64,000 bases of DNA from an uncultured Syntrophobacterales bacterium (GTDB taxonomy: Bacteria > Desulfobacterota > Syntrophia > Syntrophales > UBA5619). The notes under the pieces were generated by a model. That model saw nothing but the letters and a program-made list of their open reading frames with translations. It made no database searches and was not told the DNA's origin. Both the position numbers and the translations under genes were made by a program. Shown piece by piece: positions 52,467-61,124 of this stretch (the stretch's first letter is position 1; each line of letters starts with the position of its first letter). The stretch is taken from positions 2,035 to 66,034 of the forward strand of contig CAIYSL010000102.1 in NCBI GenBank assembly GCA_903928915.1, written 5' to 3'.

Positions 52467-53801
52467 CTACATTTTTTGTTGATTCTTTAAGGTCCCGACA
52501 TCAATGCCGAGTTTCTTGACCCGATGCCAGAGGCTCCGTTGATTGATACCCAGCAGTTCCGCCGCCTTGACCTGGACCCCACCGGAACGGTTCAACGCTT
52601 CGATGATGAGACTCTTTTCGATTTCCTCCAGACGTTCGTCGAGGGCTGACGATGCCCTCTCCTTGCCCTGACCGGAGGCCGGGAGCTCCTCGCGGATTTG
52701 CGGGGGAAAATGATTGGGTTCGATTACGCCCGACTCGGTCAGGACCGCGGACCTTTCCAGCGTATTCTTCAATTCCCGGACATTTCCCGGCCACTGGTAG
52801 GCAGCGAGGATCTGCAGGCTCTCGGGAGATAATTTGACCGGCGTCTTCATCTGGGCGAGAAAATGCTCCGCCAGCAGGGGGATATCCTCTTTCCTGTTCC
52901 GGAGGGGAGGCAGAAGGAGGGGAAACACGTTCAGACGATAATACAGGTCTTCCCGGAAGGTCCCCAGTTTCACCATTTCCGTAAGATCCTTGTTCGTCGC
53001 TGCGATAAACCGCACGTCGACACGGATGGTGCGCGTTCCCCCCACCCGCTCGAATTCCTTTTCCTGAATGATTCTCAAAAGCTTTGCTTGTGTGGAAAGC
53101 GGCATATCACCGATTTCGTCCAGGAAGATCGTACCGCTGTTGGCCAACTCGAATTTGCCGATCTTTTGCGCCGTTGCGCCGGTGAAGGAGCCTTTTTCAT
53201 GGCCGAAGAGTTCACTTTCCAGGAGCCCCTCGGGTATTGCCACACAGTTCAGCTTGATAAACGCTTTGCCGCGGCGGGGGCTGTGTTCGAACAGGCTGGT
53301 GGCAACCAGCTCTTTCCCGGTTCCGCTTTCCCCGCAGATGAGAACCGTTGAATCTGTTTTGGCGACTTTCAGTATCTGCGAGAAGAGGCCGCGCATCACG
53401 GCAGATTGTCCGACGATACCGGGGAAAAGCTCTTTCGCATCCACCTTGCTGAGGATGGAGGTGATCTGCTCAAAGACGCGCGAATAGTGGGCGATCGCAT
53501 CGACGGGTTGAGGTTTCTCCCGGTCCAGGGGCGGCGCAGGATACACGGGAAGACTCTCGGCCTTTTTCACGAACCTGCTGACCGGCTCGAGAATCAGCCA
53601 GGTGATCAGCAGGCTGATCAGGTACGTGATCACGACGACCGCCGCCTGCCAGATGCCGAATACCCAGGCTGTGGCTCCGCTTTTCGCTATATAGAGGATG
53701 ACGCGGTCCGTCAGTAGCACCCAAATGAGCGCCGCCCCGCTGCTGATGAAGGGGACCAGAATGTACAAACTGATCTGAAAATGATATTTTCTTGTCGGCA
53801 T
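52467..53801 (-). CDS. Sigma-54-dependent transcriptional activator (AAA+ / Fis-HTH) with an N-terminal transmembrane domain instead of a receiver
   Basis: N-terminal hydrophobic helices ISLYILVPFISSGAALIWVLL and WVFGIWQAAVVVITYLISLLITWLIL. Walker A GESGTGKE; GSFTGA (GAFTGA variant); C-terminal HTH AAELLGINQRSLWHRVKKLGI. Confidence 0.88.
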   Translation of the reverse strand: MPTRKYHFQISLYILVPFISSGAALIWVLLTDRVILYIAKSGATAWVFGIWQAAVVVITYLISLLITWLILEPVSRFVKKAESLPVYPAPPLDREKPQPVDAIAHYSRVFEQITSILSKVDAKELFPGIVGQSAVMRGLFSQILKVAKTDSTVLICGESGTGKELVATSLFEHSPRRGKAFIKLNCVAIPEGLLESELFGHEKGSFTGATAQKIGKFELANSGTIFLDEIGDMPLSTQAKLLRIIQEKEFERVGGTRTIRVDVRFIAATNKDLTEMVKLGTFREDLYYRLNVFPLLLPPLRNRKEDIPLLAEHFLAQMKTPVKLSPESLQILAAYQWPGNVRELKNTLERSAVLTESGVIEPNHFPPQIREELPASGQGKERASSALDERLEEIEKSLIIEALNRSGGVQVKAAELLGINQRSLWHRVKKLGIDVGTLKNQQKM

Positions 53802-53807
53802 AGCGGG

Positions 53808-55028
53808 CTACCTTGCCAGTTTCGTCATATCCCACATGGGCAAAAAGATGGCGAGCGCAAAAAATCCGACCACCGCCGCCAATCCCACGATGAGAACCGG
53901 CCCGATCGCCTCCGACATCCCTTTGACGGCATAGGCCACTTCGTCATCATAATGCACCGAGATCTCGTGGAGCATCTCTTCGAGATTGCCGCTTTCCTGG
54001 CCGATGGAAATCATGTCGACCACCATCGGGGTGAAGTAACGGGCCTCGCGCAGCGGTTCGGCAATCCCCTTCCCTTCATGCATCTGATCACGAACGCTTT
54101 CAAACTCCGCCGCTACCGCTCGATTTCCTATCGTCCCGGTGAGGACTTTCATCGAGACCATGATGGGGACGCCACTCGATTGTAAAATTGCGAATATGCT
54201 CGCAAAACGTGACATGATGGCTTTGATGAACAGGGGACCTACCACCGGCAGTTTCAGTAAGAGTGCGTCTTTGAGATATTGCCCCTGCTCCGTGGCAAGA
54301 AAAAACCGTAATCCCGCAACCGCGGCAGCGAGCATGCCGATTGCCAGGTACCAGTAATCGGATAGGACGCTGTACATGCCCAAGGCAATCTTGGTCGGCA
54401 GTGGCAGGACCAGGCCCGCCCGGTCAAACATGGAGGCAAATTTGGGAACGACAAAGGTAAGAAGCACCAGAAAGGCGATGACGAGCGCGACGGTGACCAT
54501 GATCGGGTACTGCAGGGCGGACTTGATGTCCGATTTGATTTTCGCCTCGTGCTCGATGATGTAGATCAGGCGTGACAGCACCTCGGGGACATTTCCGCTT
54601 ATTTCGCCGGCCCGCACCAGATTGTAGTAGAGCGGTGAAAAGACGTGGCTGTTTCTCTCCAGAGCCGAATGCAGAGTGGAGCCTTCCCGGAGGTGATGCG
54701 CGATGTCCGCCGCTGCCCGTTTCAGGACATAATTCTGCGTCTGAGATTCGAGCACCTGCAGCAAACGCATCAGGGTTACGCCGGCGTGAAGCATGGAGCG
54801 GAACTGCTTGGTGAAGATGATTAGATCCTTTGCCGGAACTCTCTGCGTTGCTCTGCGAAGCCCTTCCCACCAGCTTGTTTCGGACGGCTTTCTTCTTTCC
54901 TCAACCACCGAAGGGACGTATCCCTTCGCAAAGAGCATTTCCGCCGCCGTCTCCGGGGAATCGGCCTCGATCACGCCGGAAAGCTCCGCACCGCCCGCAT
55001 TGAACGCTTTATAAGAAAAAATCGGCAT
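53808..55028 (-). CDS. Type IV pilus/T2SS platform protein (GspF/PilC/MshG family)
   Basis: ATG at 55028 (MPIFSYKAFNAGG...). Duplicated GspF domains, 3 TM. LREARYFTPMVVDMISIGQESGNLEEML. Confidence 0.9.
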   Translation of the reverse strand: MPIFSYKAFNAGGAELSGVIEADSPETAAEMLFAKGYVPSVVEERRKPSETSWWEGLRRATQRVPAKDLIIFTKQFRSMLHAGVTLMRLLQVLESQTQNYVLKRAAADIAHHLREGSTLHSALERNSHVFSPLYYNLVRAGEISGNVPEVLSRLIYIIEHEAKIKSDIKSALQYPIMVTVALVIAFLVLLTFVVPKFASMFDRAGLVLPLPTKIALGMYSVLSDYWYLAIGMLAAAVAGLRFFLATEQGQYLKDALLLKLPVVGPLFIKAIMSRFASIFAILQSSGVPIMVSMKVLTGTIGNRAVAAEFESVRDQMHEGKGIAEPLREARYFTPMVVDMISIGQESGNLEEMLHEISVHYDDEVAYAVKGMSEAIGPVLIVGLAAVVGFFALAIFLPMWDMTKLAR

Positions 55029-55035
55029 GATGTCG

Positions 55036-56736
55036 TCACAGCATGATGGCGGTGGCAGCTTCTTCAAGAGTAGTTATACCTTGAAGCACCTTATGTGCCG
55101 CGTCTTCCTTCAGCGTGCGCAGCCTCCCCATTTTACTCGCCTCGCGGGATATTTCCTGCGCCGACTTTTTTTCCAGGATCATGCGCTGCACCTCTTCGTC
55201 GTTGATCAGAACCTCGAAGATGCCTGTCCGCCCCTTGTAGCCGGTATTGAGACACTGGCTGCACCCTCTCCCGCGCATGAAGGCGTCCCGCGGCGCGTTG
55301 TCCATGCCAATCGCCAGAAGCGCGGCCCGAGGTGGCTCGTATCGCTCTTTGCAGAAGGGGCAAATGGTGCGGACCAGCCGCTGGGCAAAGGAGGCAAGCA
55401 GCACGGACGAAATCAGGAATGGCTCGATGTCCATGTCGATAAAACGGCTTATGGCGCCTGCCGCGTCGTTGGTGTGAACGGTGCTCAGAACGCGATGGCC
55501 TGTCTGGGCGGCTTGGATGGCAATGGCCGCCGTCTCCGGATCGCGGATTTCTCCCAGCATGATGATGTCGGGGTCCTGGCGAAGAATGGACCGGAGGCCG
55601 CTCGCAAAGGTCATCCCGGCTTTGCGGTTGAGCTGGACCTGACGGATGTTGTCGATGCGGTATTCCACCGGGTCCTCGAGCGTCATGATATTGCAGTCCG
55701 GGCGATTCAGCTCGTTCAGGATGGCATAGATGCTCGTGCTCTTTCCGCTTCCGGTCGGGCCGGTGCTGAGAATCATGCCATAGGGTTTATTGATGATGCC
55801 CTGGATCTGTTGGATATCGGTCTTGATCATCCCGAGTCCGTCGAGCGTATAGACACCCCTGCTCGTGTCGAGCAGCCGGAGCACCATGTTTTCTCCATAA
55901 ATCGTGGGGATGGAGGAGACGCGCACGTTGATTTCCTTGCGGTCTATCTTCAAGGTGAAACGGCCGTCCTGGGTCACCCGGGACATGGTGATATCCATAT
56001 TGGCAAGGATCTTGATCCTGGCAACGATCGAGAGAAAAATGGATTTGGGGGGCGCCGGCACGTCGTGCAGTTTTCCATCGATCCGAAAACGGACCTGAAT
56101 GCTGTTTTGCTGCGGGCTGATATGGACGTCGCTTGCCCCCTCGCGTACCGCCTGGGCAAAAATGGTGTTGACCAGGCGGATGACCGGAGCCTCACCCGCC
56201 ATATCCTGAAGCGAGGCCACCTGGACATCCTGCTGCTCTTCCTCCTTGACGCTCTCCGTCTTGAGGTCTACCTCCATCGTTTCCAGTACGTTCGAGAGAC
56301 CCGATTGAATGCCATAGACGCTGCTGATCAGTTGTCCGAGCTCTCGCTCGGTACACACCACCGGCTCGACTTCGCACTTGCTGATCACTTCGATTGCGTC
56401 GAGTACATTGATATCCAGGGGGTCGGTCAAACAGATCTTAAGCAGGCGGCCTCTCCGCTGCACCGGGGCGATCTGATATTTCTGCGCGGTTTCAAAGGGG
56501 ATGATTTGTGCCAGACCGGTGTCGGCGGTGTAATTCTCGGGCCAGTATTTTTCTATCTTCAACTGCTGCGAGAGCGTTTCCACCAGTTGCTGTTCGCTGA
56601 CGAGTCCCTTGCGAACGAGAAACTGTCCTATCTTCATTTTGCCGCGGCCCTTCTCATGAAGGACTTTTTCCAGTTGTCCCTCCGTGAGCAGCCCCGCGTC
56701 GACCAGAATTTGCCCTAATTTTTTTTTTACTTCCAT
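55036..56736 (-). CDS. Type IV pilus extension ATPase of the MshE/PilB (GspE) family with an N-terminal MshEN-type domain
   Basis: Walker A GPTGSGKST. Tetracysteine CPFCKERY...CSQCLNTGYKGR. The N-terminus carries two copies of the motif [RK]-[LI]-G-x2-[LVI]2-x2-G-[LVI]2-x4-L-x3-L-x2-[QK]. Confidence 0.92.
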   Translation of the reverse strand: MEVKKKLGQILVDAGLLTEGQLEKVLHEKGRGKMKIGQFLVRKGLVSEQQLVETLSQQLKIEKYWPENYTADTGLAQIIPFETAQKYQIAPVQRRGRLLKICLTDPLDINVLDAIEVISKCEVEPVVCTERELGQLISSVYGIQSGLSNVLETMEVDLKTESVKEEEQQDVQVASLQDMAGEAPVIRLVNTIFAQAVREGASDVHISPQQNSIQVRFRIDGKLHDVPAPPKSIFLSIVARIKILANMDITMSRVTQDGRFTLKIDRKEINVRVSSIPTIYGENMVLRLLDTSRGVYTLDGLGMIKTDIQQIQGIINKPYGMILSTGPTGSGKSTSIYAILNELNRPDCNIMTLEDPVEYRIDNIRQVQLNRKAGMTFASGLRSILRQDPDIIMLGEIRDPETAAIAIQAAQTGHRVLSTVHTNDAAGAISRFIDMDIEPFLISSVLLASFAQRLVRTICPFCKERYEPPRAALLAIGMDNAPRDAFMRGRGCSQCLNTGYKGRTGIFEVLINDEEVQRMILEKKSAQEISREASKMGRLRTLKEDAAHKVLQGITTLEEAATAIML

Positions 56737-56743
56737 AGTGTTT

Positions 56744-58369
56744 CTACCGGGTATAGAAAACGGTGTCCGGCGCCATGCTGCTCACCGCCACGGCCTGAGC
56801 AGCGAGGACCGGCGGCAGCTTCGCGATACCGCGCCGGGCAGAATCGTGGTCGGCAAACCCTTCGCGGAGCAGGATGCTGAATACCACACCCTGGCGAGGA
56901 TTCCAATGGGGAAGAAACCACAGCGAAGACGCGGCGGGTTTATGGGTTCGGTAGAACTCATAGGCCGCTTCGAGATCGGCCGAGGAGGCGATCTGCACCC
57001 ATACTTTTCCCGCGGCAAGCGGATTGGTCTCCGCTTCCAGTGCGGGCAGGTTCACGATTGCACCTGCCGGAACGCGATTCAGATTCTTGAGCTGCGGATT
57101 CACCTTGGCAACGGCCCGGAGAATGTTTCCGTCGTATTGGCCATAGCAATCGGTAAGCATCCACCAGACAGTCCGGCCGTTTTTCAAGGACAGTTTCCCC
57201 AGCAGGTCCGGTTTCTGATGCACCGCTGCCGCCTCCTGCGGTGGCCGCTTCGTCTCCTGGGGTTGTTCCTGCCCTGCGGCGGGGGCCGTTTCAGACGACC
57301 CCATCGGCATCGTTCTGGGGTAAAGATCGATGATCAGCGCCGCGGAAACAGCCACCGCGCTCAATCCGGCAGCCCACCTGAAGGAAGTGAGCCGGGGTTT
57401 ATCCGCAGGGGCCAATCTGCCCGCACAGGACCGGACAAGGAACCAGCCTGCCCGGGCGCGATTCTGGATGATGAGGGCGAGCAGCGCCTGATGGCAGAGC
57501 GTCACGATTTGCCGGGGGTACCCGCGCGTGTGCAGATAAACCGCGAGCATCCCCAGCCCGCTGAAGAGCTGCGGGGTCCTTTGCTGTTCGCTCGCCTTTG
57601 CCAGCCGGTACCGAATCATCTCCCGGGTCTCTCGAAAATCGAGGGGCTGCAAGACATAGAGGAAGTTCACGCGATCCGCGACATTTTTCATCCGGTCCAG
57701 GACAATCCGGAATTCGGGCTGGCCAAAGACGATGATCTGGAGCAGTTTGTGATTGTTGGTTTCGTAATTGAGAAATTCCCGCAGAATTTCGAGACAGAAA
57801 TCGGGTAGCTTCTGCCCTTCGTCGATGATCAGCACGACGATCTTCTGTTCATCCACCCCTCGTTTGAACAGATAACCCTTAATCGCTTCCTTCAGCCGCC
57901 AGTCGGTCAGTTCCGCATCACCCGCAAGCCGCCTCGGCCGCTTCCCCGGAGTCGCTGCGGCTCCTTCCGACAGACTTTCATGCGCCGGTGCGCAGGGGGA
58001 GGCCGAGGAAGGCGGCTGGAGCTCCAGGGCGTGGGAACGCTGCCTCTTTTTCCCCATGATGCCGAAACTCAGCGCTACGGTGGTGAGAAATTCGAGGGCG
58101 GTGTTGAACCCCGGATCCATCAGCAGATGGGTTTCCACCGAATCCGCCCCGCCGTCCTGTTCCGCGAACTTCAGCAGCAGATGGCGACAAAGGGTGGTCT
58201 TGCCGGTGCCCACCTGGCCCAGCACGACATTCAACCCCCGGCGCAGGCGCACGGCCAATTCGAGACGCTGCAGGCAGCGCAGGTGCGTGGGGGATTGATA
58301 GAAAAAGTCCGGCTCCGGCGAGTTGGAAAAGGGTTCCCGGACAAGGTTTACGATCTTATAATAATCCAT
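56744..58369 (-). CDS. ExeA/GspA/MshM-like AAA ATPase with C-terminal peptidoglycan-binding-like modules
   Basis: FSNSPEPDFFYQSPTHLRCLQRLELAV...LGQVGTGKTTLCRHLL. Central TM segment. The C-terminal LysM-like (ILRAVAKVNPQLKNLNRVPAGAIVNLP) and SPOR-like (VWVQIASSADLEAAYEFY...) regions were assigned by eye. Confidence 0.8.
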   Translation of the reverse strand: MDYYKIVNLVREPFSNSPEPDFFYQSPTHLRCLQRLELAVRLRRGLNVVLGQVGTGKTTLCRHLLLKFAEQDGGADSVETHLLMDPGFNTALEFLTTVALSFGIMGKKRQRSHALELQPPSSASPCAPAHESLSEGAAATPGKRPRRLAGDAELTDWRLKEAIKGYLFKRGVDEQKIVVLIIDEGQKLPDFCLEILREFLNYETNNHKLLQIIVFGQPEFRIVLDRMKNVADRVNFLYVLQPLDFRETREMIRYRLAKASEQQRTPQLFSGLGMLAVYLHTRGYPRQIVTLCHQALLALIIQNRARAGWFLVRSCAGRLAPADKPRLTSFRWAAGLSAVAVSAALIIDLYPRTMPMGSSETAPAAGQEQPQETKRPPQEAAAVHQKPDLLGKLSLKNGRTVWWMLTDCYGQYDGNILRAVAKVNPQLKNLNRVPAGAIVNLPALEAETNPLAAGKVWVQIASSADLEAAYEFYRTHKPAASSLWFLPHWNPRQGVVFSILLREGFADHDSARRGIAKLPPVLAAQAVAVSSMAPDTVFYTR

Positions 58370-58401
58370 GAAGCATCACGCCTCTGCGATGAATTCCCGG
58401 A

Positions 58402-60000
58402 TTACTTCCCCTCCGCAGCGGTTTTTTCGGAAGCGGAACGGGAAGCGGCAACCCGCTGGGGAGGCAGGATCGTCGGGGTGATGAAGATGAGTACCTCTTC
58501 CAGCGACTCGGATTTCCCGCTGGCTTTGAAGAGCCAGCTCAGCCCCGGGATATTTTTCAGCCCCGGGACCCCCGCTTCGGAATCGGCCAGGCGCTGCTTG
58601 GTCAGCCCGGAGATCACGACGGTTTCCCCGTCCTGGACGATCAGGTTGGTCCTCGTTTCCTTCTTGATGATGAAGGGGTTGCCCTGGACACTGCGGCTGG
58701 TGTCCACCTCGTTCTTCTTGATGAGGATCGCCATTTTCATGTTCTTTTCGCCGATGACGTGGGGGGTTATCTCCAGCCTGAGGACCGCGTCCTCGAATTT
58801 GACGTCCTGCGTGGTCAGGCCGCCTGCGGTGGTGGTCGCTACGTACGGGACCCGCTCCCCGGTCTCCGTGTAGGCCATCTGATTGTCGAGGGTGGTGATG
58901 GAGGGGCTGGACAGGATGTTCACCTTCCCGTCCCGCTGCAGGGCCTGCAGCTGAACTTCCAGGATATTGCCGCCGATGGTCCCGAACAGCAAGCCCAGCG
59001 AGGCTGCCCCACCGGCGGCCGTCATCGCAGCCCCGGACACCGGGAAATTGACGCCGTAGCCCTGACCGGAAAGGCCGGGGGAACCCGCTGCCGGCGTGTA
59101 CCGGCCGCCGGTAGGATCCGCCGGCGCGGTACCCGCCGCCGTAGACCCGCCGGGCGTGACATACAGGTTGCCGCTCCCCACCGGTCTCGCGTACATGCCG
59201 CCCCACTGGACCCCCAGGTTCCTCGCCGTGTCCTTGGTCGCCTCGACGATATTGGCCCGGATCAGGATCTGGTGCGTGGGCTTATCGATCCGCTCGATGA
59301 TCGAAAGCAGGCGTTCCCGGTCGTCGCGTATCCCCGAGATGATCAGGGAATTGCTGTGCTCGTCCACCTTGATCGACCCGATCGGTTTGCCCTCCTTATC
59401 CTTGCTCAAAAACTCTTTCAGATTCTCCATGATTTCTTTCGGCTTGCCGTAATGGATGGGAACCACAACCGGCGACATCGGCTGTTCGAGCCATTTCGCG
59501 TTTACCTCCTGGGCCTTCATTTTCAGATCGCGTTCGCTGTCCTCGACCGACAGGACGCGGATCACATCGCCGTCCCACACATAGGTCAACCCCTGGGCGT
59601 TCATGATGCTGCTGAAGGCCTGGTCCCAGGGTACGGAACTGAAATTGACGCTGATCTCGCCCTTGATCTCATTCTTGATAAGGATGTTCAGTCCCGCGGC
59701 CATTGCCAGAGACCTGAGCACCGATTTCACATCCACCTGGTTCATCTTGAGGTTGATTTTCGTCGTGGGCAGCAACCTGATCACGGTCAGGGGTTTCGTT
59801 TCCTGTTTGCCACCCTCGCCCGACACCGCCGGTTCCTTCAGTTCGACCGCGCGCGGAACTGCCACCGGCGATGACCCGGTTGCCGTTTGTTCCAGGGTTT
59901 TCCACCGCTCGAAAAATGCGTCCTTCTGAACGGTCGCCTCAGGGGCGCACCCGCAGACCGCAAACCCGGCGATGCAGATGACGGCCACCGCCAGGCGCAT
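58402..60000 (-). CDS. Secretin (PilQ/MshL/GspD family), probable lipoprotein
   Basis: ATG at 60000: MRLAVAVICIAGFAVCGC. C-terminal secretin signature GVPGLKNIPGLSWLFKASGKSESLEEVLIFITPTIL. Confidence 0.9.
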   Translation of the reverse strand: MRLAVAVICIAGFAVCGCAPEATVQKDAFFERWKTLEQTATGSSPVAVPRAVELKEPAVSGEGGKQETKPLTVIRLLPTTKINLKMNQVDVKSVLRSLAMAAGLNILIKNEIKGEISVNFSSVPWDQAFSSIMNAQGLTYVWDGDVIRVLSVEDSERDLKMKAQEVNAKWLEQPMSPVVVPIHYGKPKEIMENLKEFLSKDKEGKPIGSIKVDEHSNSLIISGIRDDRERLLSIIERIDKPTHQILIRANIVEATKDTARNLGVQWGGMYARPVGSGNLYVTPGGSTAAGTAPADPTGGRYTPAAGSPGLSGQGYGVNFPVSGAAMTAAGGAASLGLLFGTIGGNILEVQLQALQRDGKVNILSSPSITTLDNQMAYTETGERVPYVATTTAGGLTTQDVKFEDAVLRLEITPHVIGEKNMKMAILIKKNEVDTSRSVQGNPFIIKKETRTNLIVQDGETVVISGLTKQRLADSEAGVPGLKNIPGLSWLFKASGKSESLEEVLIFITPTILPPQRVAASRSASEKTAAEGK

Positions 60001-60044
60001 GGTTCCCTGCTTCTTGCTCTTCAATGCACTTCCTCCCTCAAGAG

Positions 60045-60560
60045 TTACTCCTGCAGCGGAATATCGAAGGATCGCTTGCTCTCTTTGTGGTACAGCACGA
60101 TTTTGGCGGGGGAAATATCGCGCAGCACATACCCCTCCATGGCAAGGGGGTCCCCTAGGACGTATTCGCTTCCGTTGATAAGGGCAATCTTCTTCTCCCC
60201 CATGTCCAGATATCCGGAGTAGACTATCTTTTCCTTCCGCAGCGCCACGAGGGCGGCATCCTCCACCTCGGAGGGGTCCTTGGCATCCAACCATTCCCGA
60301 TAGCTTTTCCGTTCGAAAAAGGGATTCCGCGACCACGGCGCTTCGGCGCGTGCGATCGCATACGCATTGCCGGAGGAAGGATTTTCCCTGGGCATCGCTG
60401 CCAGACCCGCGATCAGTGCGTTTAGCTGTGCCGTATCGCCCAGCCCAGTGAGGGGCTCGGGGGGCTTGCCCGCGGGAAAAAAGAGCTGGCTCGCCCCGTA
60501 CAGGATTGCCGCGCCCATCACGCAGAGGATGATTATCGTTCTTGGCGTCACGTTTCCCAT
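60045..60560 (-). CDS. Pilus assembly protein with one N-terminal TM helix (in the MshK/PilP position)
   Basis: TIIILCVMGAAILYGASQLFF is the TM helix. The C-terminal beta-rich part (IVYSGYLDMGEKKIALINGSEYVLGDPL...YVLRDISPAKIVL) resembles PilP/GspC HR-type domains. Assignment is by position and pattern. Confidence 0.6.
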   Translation of the reverse strand: MGNVTPRTIIILCVMGAAILYGASQLFFPAGKPPEPLTGLGDTAQLNALIAGLAAMPRENPSSGNAYAIARAEAPWSRNPFFERKSYREWLDAKDPSEVEDAALVALRKEKIVYSGYLDMGEKKIALINGSEYVLGDPLAMEGYVLRDISPAKIVLYHKESKRSFDIPLQE

Positions 60561-60575
60561 GGGTTCCGGTTCCGT

Positions 60576-61124
60576 TTACGTGGCCAGTGCCAGCCTGATC
60601 TTTACCCTGAATTCCATGAACTCGGGTTCCTGGCGGACTTCTATCTCTTCGATGCGTTCCAGATAGGGCAGTTCCCCAAGCCCGATCAAGAAATTCCTGA
60701 AGTTCATAAACTCCCCCCTGAGGACGGTATTCACCAGCAGGGAGGGCGAACGGGCAGCCACGGAGTGGATGTCCACCGATACGGAAACCGTGTCCAGTGC
60801 CGTGTGCCGGGCGATCCCGCCGATGGTGGCGGGGACTTTGCTCGCCAGGCCGCGCGGCATGGCAGTGCGCTCCGGCAGCGGCAGCACGCGGCTCGTAGTC
60901 TTCTGCCCCTTGGTGTGCAGCTTGTCATAGATTTGCCGCAGGTTCTTCTGCGCCTCGATCTGCGCCCGAACATCCCGTATCTGTTGATCCATGCGGCTGC
61001 TGTATTGAGCGCTGGGAATGATCACCGCCAGGCAAAAGAGGATCAGGGCGCCAAACCAGGAAACATGGATGGCCACGGTCCGTTTGGGAATCAATCTGCT
61101 CGCTCTCAATGACAGGGACATCAC
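60576..61124 (-). CDS. PilO/GspM/MshJ-like bitopic assembly protein
   Basis: N-terminal TM helix WFGALILFCLAVIIP followed by a coiled coil, QIRDVRAQIEAQKNLRQIYDKL. The start overlaps the upstream gene stop. Confidence 0.65.
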   Translation of the reverse strand: MMSLSLRASRLIPKRTVAIHVSWFGALILFCLAVIIPSAQYSSRMDQQIRDVRAQIEAQKNLRQIYDKLHTKGQKTTSRVLPLPERTAMPRGLASKVPATIGGIARHTALDTVSVSVDIHSVAARSPSLLVNTVLRGEFMNFRNFLIGLGELPYLERIEEIEVRQEPEFMEFRVKIRLALAT

